NCBI RefSeq assembly: GCF_006345805.1
Contig: NW_021824780.1
Coordinates: 1-17,732, forward strand
DNA length: 17,732 nt
DNA from: Octopus sinensis
Taxonomy: Eukaryota
Direction of reading: 5' to 3'
Positions 9,196 to 17,732 of the stretch are shown here, piece after piece (position 1 is the stretch's first letter; each line of letters begins with the position of its first letter). Both the position numbers and the translations under genes were made by a program. The notes beneath the pieces are model-generated. The model worked only from the letters and a program-made list of their open reading frames with translations. It was not told where the DNA came from and searched no databases.

Positions 9196-9418
9196 TTATT
9201 TCTTTATTACCCACAAGGGGCTAAACATAGAGGGGGTAATCAAGGACAGACATAGGTATTAAGTCGATTACATCGACCCCAGTGCGGAACTGGTACTTAA
9301 TTTATCGACCCCGAAAGGATGAAAGGCAAAGTCAACCTCGGCGGAATTTGAACTCAGGTCGTAACGACAGACGAAATATGCTGCTAAACATTTCATCCGG
9401 CGTGCTAACGATTCTGCC
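9196..9418 (-). mobile_element. tRNA-derived SINE with perfect 14-bp target-site duplication
   Basis: A box TGGCAGAATCGTTAG, B box GAGTTCAAATTCC; AGCTGCCCACATAC at 9182-9195 and 9419-9432. Confidence 0.9.
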
Positions 9419-9699
9419 AGCTGCCCACATACCTGACCAATCCCGGAGTAACAAGTAATCAGGTCGTTTATATAATCATCAAATGTAGCAGCGCCAGAGA
9501 ACCGGAAGTCCAAATATGCAAACTATAAGTATTCAAAACATATGTATGTGTGTGTGTATGCAAGTGTGTATGTGTCAATGGTGGCTAGTAGATGAAATTA
9601 GTGGAGATGCTGGTTCAGAACACTTTTTAGCCATTGTTTTAATATTATGTAAAAGGAAACAAACTTATAAAAAGAAAATTTATAGTTAAACATACAATG

Positions 9700-9750
9700 G
9701 CGGCGATGCATCAGCATGGCCGCAGCTCTGAGCTGAAACTAGAGAGAAAG
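9700..9750 (+). mobile_element. SINE 3' tail variant fragment
   Basis: CAGCATGGCCGCAG...CTGAAAC similar to 8993-9022. Confidence 0.5.
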
Positions 9751-9991
9751 AAACTTGATCGGTTCGCGTAGTGTGCTTTTAATTTGTTCACTGAACACCA
9801 CCGCGAATTTCCCCTAGTTTTTCATAAATATCCCCCTAAATCACAAAATAAGGGGGGTGGGGTGGAATTTGCCCAATTTTTCAAATTCTAGCGACAACAG
9901 TGAAGCTGGAAGCAGGATACACATTCAAGAATATAAACACGTTTTTAAGCACAACACACGGGGAGTCAAAAAGAAACATTACCTTTCACCA

Positions 9992-10018
9992 GCACACTAG
10001 GGTCTCCCCCTAGTGTGC
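9992..10018. repeat. Perfect 11-bp inverted repeat
   Basis: GCACACTAGGG-TCTCC-CCCTAGTGTGC. Confidence 0.9.
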
Positions 10019-10244
10019 AGCTTCCTTTCTTGGACATGTGGGCATGCGCATAACAGCGAAACACCGCGTCACTGGAATTGTGAAGCGCACAGTTCTATAT
10101 AAGAATTTTTGTATATTTTCATAAGTTAGGGGATGGTTTTTGACATTAAGCTTCAGGATTATTTAATGTACAAGTATAAATAAAGAATTAAAGAAAAAAG
10201 GACTAATTACATTGAATGTTATCGATAATATAGAGTGGAAATAG

Positions 10245-10279
10245 GGGTTGCTGCAGTTCCTATACACGAGTCGCCACTG
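10245..10279 (-). mobile_element. Possible orphan hAT-like MITE terminus
   Basis: Reverse complement begins CAGTGGCGACTCGTG; no partner TIR or TSD found. Confidence 0.3.
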
Positions 10280-10564
10280 GTCTCTGTGTTTGTGAGTGTG
10301 TTCAATTCAATGCAAGCTATACATTGACAGTTATTTAAACTAATATCGGACATTTCTACTCAAATTCAGTCAACTACACCAGTGGTCTATGGCACCATCA
10401 CAGACATAAACCATTTTCTGCAGCGAATTCAAAGCAACAGTATTTTACAAATAAAACTTAACCTAATTACCCTTTTATTTATTTAGGGTTTTTTTTTACA
10501 TCCATTGTCTCGTTTTGGTCACCCTATTATCGTCCCATCTTTTTTCAACATCACCTGGATCTTT

Positions 10565-10608
10565 GTCCTGCCCGCGGAGGGCGGTACCACCGACTTTGGG
10601 AACCACTT
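10565..10608 (-). mobile_element. Possible orphan hAT/Charlie-like MITE terminus
   Basis: Reverse complement AGTGGTTCCCAAAGTCGGTGGTACCGCCC resembles CAGTGGTTCCCAAA TIRs; no partner found. Confidence 0.4.
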
Positions 10609-10662
10609 AACTAAACGACCTGTCTGTCAGTGTTTTAACGAATTACGGAGATAGGGGAAATA

Positions 10663-10819
10663 TCTTTTTCTACTCTAGGCACAAGGCCCGAAATATTTGG
10701 AGCGGTGGCCAGTCGATTAGAGCGACACCAGTATGCAACTGGTACTTAATTTATCGACCCCTAAAGGAGAAAAAGCAAAGTCAACCTCAGCGGAATTTAA
10801 TCTTAGAACGTAAAGACAG
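10663..10819 (-). mobile_element. 5'-truncated SINE, same body as 9196-9418 with a different 3' tail
   Basis: AACTGGTACTTAATTTATCGACCCC...GCAAAGTCAACCTC.GCGGAATTT shared with 9289-9349; tail TCTTTTTCTACTCTAGGCACAAGGCCC. Confidence 0.8.
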
Positions 10820-11745
10820 AGATAGTGAAAATATCATAGCACCTAGATGCCTTCGATTCGCATGTCAAAGAGACGGACAAACAGAAGCTATTAGAAGCTG
10901 TAAAAATACTTCACAAAGCATTGAAACGGAATCCAATGAAAACACTCTCTACTATAAAAAATCTAAATTGCAAGGCAGTTTGGAGCTTTTGTATGCTCAT
11001 TCGATCGAGCAGCAAGAAATAGTAGCCAAATCTCCCTCAAGTCATAGCATGACTTTCTACATGACAGTAAGAAAACGTTAAGATGAAATACTTCATAAGC
11101 TCTCTGTTAGCAAATCAGGCTAAACAATATTGATTAGATTAGTAAACCTATCAGTAACATACCTGTAATGACTACTTGAAACAGCTGTAAGGCAAACTTA
11201 TTCTAATAAAGGAAAAATATGCTGTTGTGTGGAAGTAGAACACCCCTATTGGTTGGTTCCTAATGGATTGTGCCACAATATAAATGGACATACGCAGAGA
11301 GTGTAAGGGAGTCTTGAGATGTGTAAAGCCGCCGAGAGTTGCGTATTGTCGAGGGTTATTATTATCCCGATATACCGTGCGTCGAACATGCGATACAACA
11401 TATGTAATAACCATTATTCATACATTGTCTTATACACACTCACACGCACTGTATATATGTGTGCGAATGTGTGTGTTTTGGCTCGCGATGCTTTCCTTTC
11501 TTTTTCCTTGTAATGACAAAATATGAACTCCTGCCGGAGTCCACATACTATGGACAAGAAGCATCTCTACCCATTCTACACACCACATTCCTTGGATAAT
11601 GGAACGACAACTAGAACATCCTACATATATTTTAATGTTTACTTCTATTCTCTTATTTCTCTTTATACTTCTCATTTCCATCATTTTCCAAAATCTCTCC
11701 TTATATTGAACTCTACCATTTCCCTCTAGTTAACTCTCTCGTATC

Positions 11746-11793
11746 GTCTCTGATGAAGGGATATCCCTAATATCGGAGAAACAGCTGTAAGAC
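11746..11793 (+). ncRNA. Minimal type I hammerhead ribozyme-like motif
   Basis: Stem I GTCT/AGAC; CTGATGA 11750-11756; stem II GATAT/ATATC with mismatched base; GAAA 11778-11781; palindromic ACAGCTGT; GUA triplet, predicted cut after 11789. Confidence 0.75.
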
Positions 11794-11857
11794 TACCTCC
11801 CTCTTTATAAATGTCCTATAAATTTCCCACACCATTTGATTTTCTCATTTTATTTAA

Positions 11858-12180
11858 CACACACACATATACACACAAACACATACACACACGTATACAT
11901 ACATATATACATACATACATATCTATCTATCTATCTATCTGTTTATATATATATATATATATATATATCTATATAATATATATAATATATATACATATAT
12001 ATATATATGTATATATCCATATATATATATATATTGTATATATATATATATATACAATATATATATGGATATATACATATATATATATGGATATATACAT
12101 ATATATATATTCATATATATATATATAATATATATATATGAATAAATATGAGCATACACACACACCACACACACATACAG
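11858..12180. repeat. (CA)n/(TA)n-rich compound microsatellite
   Basis: Directly visible. Confidence 0.95.
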
Positions 12181-12422
12181 AAATGTATGTACGTTTCGAA
12201 AAACACTCAAAAACACGTACACATGGAAACATAGGTTTAATCGCTTATTGGGGATCCTGGACAGGTAAAGAGTAGCGGGGGCGGGGCGTTGAGAAGAGGT
12301 GGGGGGTGAGGGGGTAAGTTCTACTTGAACAAGTTAAAGAAACTGAAGCAAAGCAGAGTGCGGCCGTATCTCTTTGAAAAACTATGTCAATTGTGTTACT
12401 AATGAATGAGACAAAGGCTAAA

Positions 12423-12464
12423 ATATCATCATCATCATCATCATCATCATTGTTGTTGTTGTTA

Positions 12465-12525
<61 letters not shown>

Positions 12526-12692
12526 CGCTATTATTATCATTATTATTATTATTATTATTATTAATATTATTATTATGATTATTATTATTATTATTATTAT
12601 ATTATTATTATTATATAATATTATTATTATTATTATTAATATTATTATTATTATTATTATTATTATTATCGCTATTATTATCAATATTATAA

Positions 12693-12734
<42 letters not shown>

Positions 12735-13196
12735 ATTATTATTATTATTATTATAATTATTATTAATATCATTATTATCACCATCATCATCATCATCATC
12801 ATCATTATTATTTTATTATTACTATTATCATTATTATTATTATTATTTTTATCGCTATTATTATCATTATTATTATTATTATTATTATAATTATTATTAA
12901 TATCATTATTATCACCATCATCATCATCATCATCATATATATTATTATTATTACTATTATCATTATTATTATTATTATTATTTTATCGCTATTATTCATT
13001 ATTATCATTATATTATTATTATTATTTTATCGCTATTTTATCATTATTATCATTATTATTATTTTATTATTATCATCATCATTATTATTTTTATTATCAC
13101 AGTATATATTATTATTATGATATTATTATTATTATTATTATTATTATTTTATTATTATTATCATTATCATTATTTTTATCATTATCAATTTTATCA

Positions 13197-13271
<75 letters not shown>

Positions 13272-13275
13272 CATT
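12423..13275. repeat. (ATT)n/(ATC)n array with a 134-bp higher-order tandem duplication
   Basis: Marker motifs TTATAA (12751/12885), ACCATC (12780/12914) and ATCGCT (12851/12985) all recur at +134. Confidence 0.9.
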
Positions 13276-13605
13276 GTTAATGTTGTTTTTTACTCTTCTT
13301 GTCGTTTCAAGTGTTGGCTCGCGGTGTTTTCCTTTCCTTTTCCTATTTTTCGATACTTTTTTTCTTTCCTTTACTTCCTTATCTCGTCTTCCCTTTTACG
13401 TGCGTGTGTGTGTAAGCGTGTGTGATGTGTGAGTGAGTGAGTGTGTCTGTGTGTGTGTGTATGTGTGTGTGTGTACCTTTAAATTTATTTAGTTACTTAT
13501 TATTTTGATAAGATAAAAACTTGATCGTGTAAATAGATGTTCAGCTATTTATTATCACATCTTAACGTATTGTAGCAACTTCACCACTGGTGCCCACAGC
13601 ACTAT

Positions 13606-14430
13606 ACAGGCACCACAAACACCACCACCACCACCACCACCATCAACACCACTTCCAGCACCACCACCGCGATCACCACTATTACCACTACAAGCACCGC
13701 GACCACCATCATCACCACCACCACCACCACCGCCACCACCACTACCACCACCACCACCACCACACCACCACCACTACTGCCACCGCCGCTACAAACACGA
13801 CAACAACACTACCACCATCACAACCACTACGATCACCGCGACCACCAACGTCATCACCACCGCCACTACAATCACCACTACCACAACAACCACCTCTACA
13901 AACCCCGCCATTGCCATTACCTCCACAACCACCACTACTACAACCGTTACTACTACTACTACCGCTACTCTCATCCCCAGATCCCTTGCAGTCACTCGAA
14001 ACCTGACACGATTCCCTTTACCAACGCCGCCACCTCTATCAACACAATCATTGTCATGTTCTACAAGACTAGAACCACCACCACCACCACCACCACCACC
14101 AATACCATCATCGTCATCATCATTAACATCAACTCCACCATCGACACCAACGCCATCAGCACGAACGCCATTTTGTATTGAAATCACCATCACTATCAAC
14201 AGCACCACAGAGCGACGGGGATTTGGGTGGTGGTGGTGGTGGTAGTGGTGGTTGTGGTGGCTGTGATTGTGGTGGTGGTGGTAAGGTTAGTGACGGTGGT
14301 GGTGGTAGTAGTGATGACTAGTATGGTGGTGTTAGTGTTGGTGGTCGTAGTAGTGTTGGTGGCAGTGGTAGTGGCGGTGGTGATGGTGGTGGCAGTAGTG
14401 GTAGTGATGACTGATTTATTGTTGTTGTTG
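13606..14430. repeat. Degenerate (ACC)n-rich array (to about 14190) facing a (GGT)n-rich array (14224-14430)
   Basis: Directly visible; the H/T/P- and V-rich ORFs are translations of these repeats. Confidence 0.9.
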
Positions 14431-14498
14431 TGGGTGAATTTGTAGTGTGTGTGTGTGTGTGTTGACATTCTTCGTAGATAGGGATGTATGGTGGAGGT

Positions 14499-14587
14499 GG
14501 GGAGGCATGGTGTGGGTGTGTGTGGGTGGGAGGGGCAGGGTGATGGAGGGGTGGGTGGGGTGAATATGGGGGTGGATGTAGCAGGGG
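14499..14587 (+). other. G-quadruplex-forming G-tract cluster
   Basis: About eleven runs of three or more G with mostly 1-7 nt loops, e.g. GGGTGGGAGGGGCAGGG and GGGGTGGGTGGGG. Confidence 0.65.
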
Positions 14588-15062
14588 TTAAGTGACGGAA
14601 AGTGTGTACCATCGAAACATCTAAATACATGCCTATCTAGATCTCTATTTGTGAGTGTATATAGATATGTATGTGTGTGTGTGTGTGCAAGAATGCCTAT
14701 ATATATATATATCTACGTTTGTGTTCCTATGTATGTGGATGGCTGAGAGGAAGTATGTGCGTGACATCTTGGTTGCTACCTGAGAGTAATCACGTCAGCA
14801 ACGAAAGACACGTGTATTCTATGCGATGTAGATAAATGTGTCCTCTACACACGTACACCCACACCTACACACTCACATTGTCTAACAATTGAACACAAAC
14901 ACAGTCATATATATATGTTTACACACACGCATACATTTATGTGTGTGTGTGTATTGTAAGATACAAATAAGATGATAATTTGTTTTCAAACGCAGAAACG
15001 CCGTTAGAAGAGCAGAAACATTGGATAAATTACCCTTACGAAGCGTAAAACCTTTTTCAGCA

Positions 15063-15135
15063 ACCAGCTATGGGACTCGAACCTCATATTCTTTAATGAC
15101 TCCGGCCTACTGCTTTACCATTAAGCTAAACTGTC
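15063..15135 (-). pseudogene. tRNA-like relic (tRNA pseudogene or isolated SINE head), anticodon not assignable
   Basis: 73 nt; D arm GCTT-AATGGTA-AAGC; T loop GTTCGAGTCC; imperfect acceptor GACAGTT/AGCTGGT; anticodon stem does not pair. Confidence 0.55.
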
Positions 15136-15255
15136 AGTCTGACTAATTAATCCGCAATTTTAGACGCTGAAGGTATAACTACTTGTAAATAAATATAAAC
15201 GAATTAACATTTTTTTTATAAGCGTTGAAACGTGTATTGTAAGATATAAAGAAGA

Positions 15256-15987
15256 CTAGCTTAAGGTGACCCGCTCTACGCGCGGGTAAGAGTGTGGTTG
15301 TTACTTTCTGTTGCTTCCATTCTGTTTTTTATCACCACATTCTCCCTCTTTGTTTCTCTCTCCTTTCTCTCTCACTTTCCCACTCTCTTACTCTTCTTTT
15401 CTCTCGGAATCTCCCTCTCTTTCTCTATCTATCTCTCTCCCATTTATCAACAACAGAAGATCTTGAGTAAGTTGAGAAATAAAATATTTAGAAAGATCAA
15501 TCATAAATATCAGGCAGTGGCAACGGAAAGGTCTGCTTCAAGGCAGACAGCAAAACACTAACATTTAAAAAGGACAGACGAACTTGCGAGCTGAATAAAA
15601 ATTAAAAAATATTGGAAACCAAACTTTGAAGAGATAGAATCTGAGGATAGTAGAGTCACCATGGCTGGCATTTCTTAACGATGGACAGCAACGTAGTGGC
15701 AGTTTAACGGCTGGCGTAAAATTTTGAACTTGATGTAAAAGAAAATTCCTAAACACCAAGATTTGAGGTGATTCTTTCGCACGACAATAGACTCACCATG
15801 GCAAGCATTCAAAACTTCTTCATCATGGACGGTAACACATTGAAGATTTAAAGGCTGGCGCAAATTTTTTAGCTTGATCCGCTCTTGTAAATTTTAATCC
15901 CCTTCCAGCCCCATTTACACCCCTTTTCACATTTTGGTTAATATAACCGGATTTCATTCGGGTCTACTAAGGCCACATTTTATAAGA
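15256..15987 (-). mobile_element. Non-autonomous Helitron-like element with an internal about 140-bp tandem duplication
   Basis: 3' end: perfect hairpin ACCCGC/GCGGGT (15269-15287), then CACCTTAAG-CTAG|T. Candidate 5' end A|TCTTATAAAA at 15987. TCACCATGGC recurs at 15656 and 15793; GGCTGGCG recurs at 15709 and 15853. Confidence 0.7.
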
Positions 15988-16117
15988 TGAGAAATTTTGT
16001 CCTAGAGGTCACGCATTTCATTTGAGGAAAAAATAGTTGCCATGCAAACTCGCCAGCACTTTTAACATAGGTGTGCATATTTTCAGCTCAACCGACCACA
16101 TAATGCACTACATTATG

Positions 16118-16180
<63 letters not shown>

Positions 16181-16272
16181 GTGTATAAAGGTGTGCGTGT
16201 ACGCATTATATATACAATGTATACAAATTTTATATATATATATATATACACCCATATATATATATATATATA

Positions 16273-16320
<48 letters not shown>

Positions 16321-16479
16321 CGTATATTTGCCATTTGAATATGGCTAATCCCTAAGGGTGGATGCTACTGTGGTTTGTACCCCAGGAGGACACCTCCTCC
16401 AGCTGGCTATAGACATACTTTCTGTGCCCTATCAGTATTTGCAAAGGGAAGCCATCCTTCCCGTCTTCAACTTATGATA

Positions 16480-16524
16480 CACACGGACTCGAGTTTCAGG
16501 GTATTGACCCGTCATCGCCGTGTG
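16480..16524 (-). ncRNA. Hammerhead-topology motif with non-canonical core GCGAUGA
   Basis: Minus strand CACACG-GCGATGA-C-GGGT-CAAT-ACCC-T-GAAA-CTCGAG-T-C-CGTGTG: 6-bp stem I, 4-bp stem II, palindromic ACTCGAGT stem III, GUC triplet. Confidence 0.65.
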
Positions 16525-17029
16525 ACAATCATGGTTGTCGATGAGAAGTAGGTTCCCTTCACAAATACATATACTTTTTCCAGTATCGAATGACACTGAT
16601 ATTGAAAAAGTGTAATCAAACAATGATAAATCTCCGGGCACACTTTGTATATATACATTATATATACATATTTATATATAGAACACACACACACACACAC
16701 ATATATAAATTAACCCTATAAATATCTGATTCATAATATTTGTTCTCATAATTGTGTGGTGGTGGTGGCGATGATAATTTTTTCTATGAATGCAGACAGT
16801 CATAGAGAGAGAGGGGTGATGTGGGAGAAATAGTGACATCGCTGGTGAAGGTGGCGGAGGAAAGATAGTAGACGCTGTCAAACGACGTTATAGAGAGAAA
16901 GTGAAAGGAAGGGAGGAAAGAGAGAGACATGGAGGAAGACAGGCCGATAAGAAAATGAGAGAAGACTTGCCAAAGTGTGCGTTTTTTGCCCTAGTAACCA
17001 CACCTTTTAAGATAGGGATTTCTAAGCTA

Positions 17030-17163
17030 ACTCACTGACATCCTCACCTCATTTTACATGTCCCTGTAAATTTTTGAGTCAATCTGACGGGATCTAGGGG
17101 CCTTTAACCCGTTCCAATGCCAAACCCAGACAAACTTTTCGCATTTCAGAATTATAATATAGA
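17030..17163 (-). mobile_element. 5' terminal part of a Helitron-like element
   Basis: Starts TCTATATTATAATTCTGAAATGCGAAAAGTTTGTCTGG, similar to the 8176 terminus TCTATATATATAAAGCTGAAGTTGTCTG. Left boundary approximate. Confidence 0.55.
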
Positions 17164-17414
17164 CTAGCTTAAGGTGACTCGCTCTACGCGTGGGTGAGGT
17201 TGAGGTTGTTAATTTCTGTTGCTTCCTTTCTGTTTCTTATCACCACATTCTCCCTCTTTGTTTCTCTCTCCTTTCTCTCTCACTTTCCCACTCTCTTACT
17301 CTTCATTTCTCTCTCACTTTCCCTCGCTTTCTCTTACTCCCTATCTGTCTCTATCTATCTCTCTCCCATTTATAAACAACAAAAGATCTTGAGTAAGTTG
17401 AGAAAGAAAATATT
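17164..17414 (-). mobile_element. Second copy of the 3' part of the 15256 Helitron
   Basis: CTAGCTTAAGGTGACTCGCTCTACGCGTGGGT through AAGATCTTGAGTAAGTTGAGAAA.AAAATATTT collinear with 15256-15488. Confidence 0.85.
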
Positions 17415-17415
17415 T

Positions 17416-17732
17416 TTACACTTTTTAAACCCTTCGTCGTTATTCTGATTCACTCATTATGACTTTCTCCCTTCCTTTCACTTTCTCTCTATAACGTCAT
17501 TTGACAGCGTCTACTATCTTTCCTCCGCCGCCTTCGCCAGCGCTGTCACTCTCTCTCTCTCTCTACGTCTGTCTGCATTCATAGAGGGAATTATCATCGC
17601 CACAACCACCACCACCACACAATCATGAGAATATTTCTCTCTATATATAGATAGAGAGAGAGAGAGAGAGAGGGAGAGACAAAGTAATAATGAGTGAATG
17701 AGAATAACGACGAAGTGTTTAAAAAAGCGTAA
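17416..17732. repeat. Second inverted repeat, arms 17416-17466 and 17681-17732 (runs to the window edge)
   Basis: AAGTAATAATGAGTGAATGAGAATAACGACGAAGTGTTTAAAAAAGCGTAA is the near reverse complement of TTACACTTTTTAAACCCTTCGTCGTTATTCTGATTCACTCATTATGACTT. Confidence 0.9.

Larger units (their letters stand above)
16743..17631. repeat. Long inverted repeat, arms 16743-16920 and 17463-17631
   Basis: For example GAGGAAAGATAGTAGACGCTGTCAAACGACGTTATAGAGAGAAAGTGAAAGGAAGGGAG is the near-exact reverse complement of 17467-17525. Confidence 0.9.

Noticed and set aside
10838-11025. About 60-codon open frame HLDAFDSHVKETDKQKLLEAVKIL...
   Set aside because: No recognisable homology, no splice context, and the 3' part overlaps repeat-like sequence.
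11523-11600. KKHLYPFYTPHSLDN as a GIY-YIG C-terminal motif upstream of the 11746 hammerhead
   Set aside because: The position fits a PLE, but the similarity is too weak to support without a search.
12235-12314. 30-nt exon ending CAG|GTAAAG, plus GC box/G4
   Set aside because: No polypyrimidine tract at the acceptor; one G4 loop is 14 nt; no other promoter or exon evidence.
14965-15240. Hammerhead-like fragments (GAAACGCCGTT; CTGAAGG...GAAACGTGTA)
   Set aside because: The core is mismatched and stem I cannot form.
8-17448. The listed ORFs as protein-coding genes
   Set aside because: Almost all are translations of microsatellites or SINE/Helitron sequence (poly-I, YI, CV, LSIY, poly-H/T/V). 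Only 4241..4609 contains real protein homology, and it is a pseudogene.
1-17732. CRISPR array, rRNA or functional tRNA genes
   Set aside because: No repeat-spacer periodicity and no rRNA similarity; all tRNA-like segments are SINE heads or degenerate.

Overview
AT-rich eukaryotic non-coding DNA. From my recall of the SINE families and the heavy microsatellite load it looks like an Octopus (coleoid cephalopod) intronic or intergenic region. No intact protein-coding gene is supported: nearly all listed ORFs are translations of simple repeats. The window contains (i) many di-, tri- and tetranucleotide arrays, (ii) several tRNA-derived SINEs, one with a perfect 14-bp TSD, (iii) a decayed restriction-like-endonuclease C-terminus of an R4/Dong/HERO-type non-LTR retrotransposon, (iv) non-autonomous Helitron pieces including a CTAG|TC head-to-tail junction, and (v) long inverted repeats and a perfect 30-bp hairpin. 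The most notable signal is at least seven dispersed, mutually different minimal type I hammerhead-ribozyme-like motifs, most with self-complementary stem III, as known from Penelope-like element pLTRs and retrozymes. They include a same-strand pair flanking a 15-nt microexon-like unit, a divergent inverted pair, and one motif with full hammerhead topology but a non-canonical core. All structures were read by eye; none has been computed or tested.
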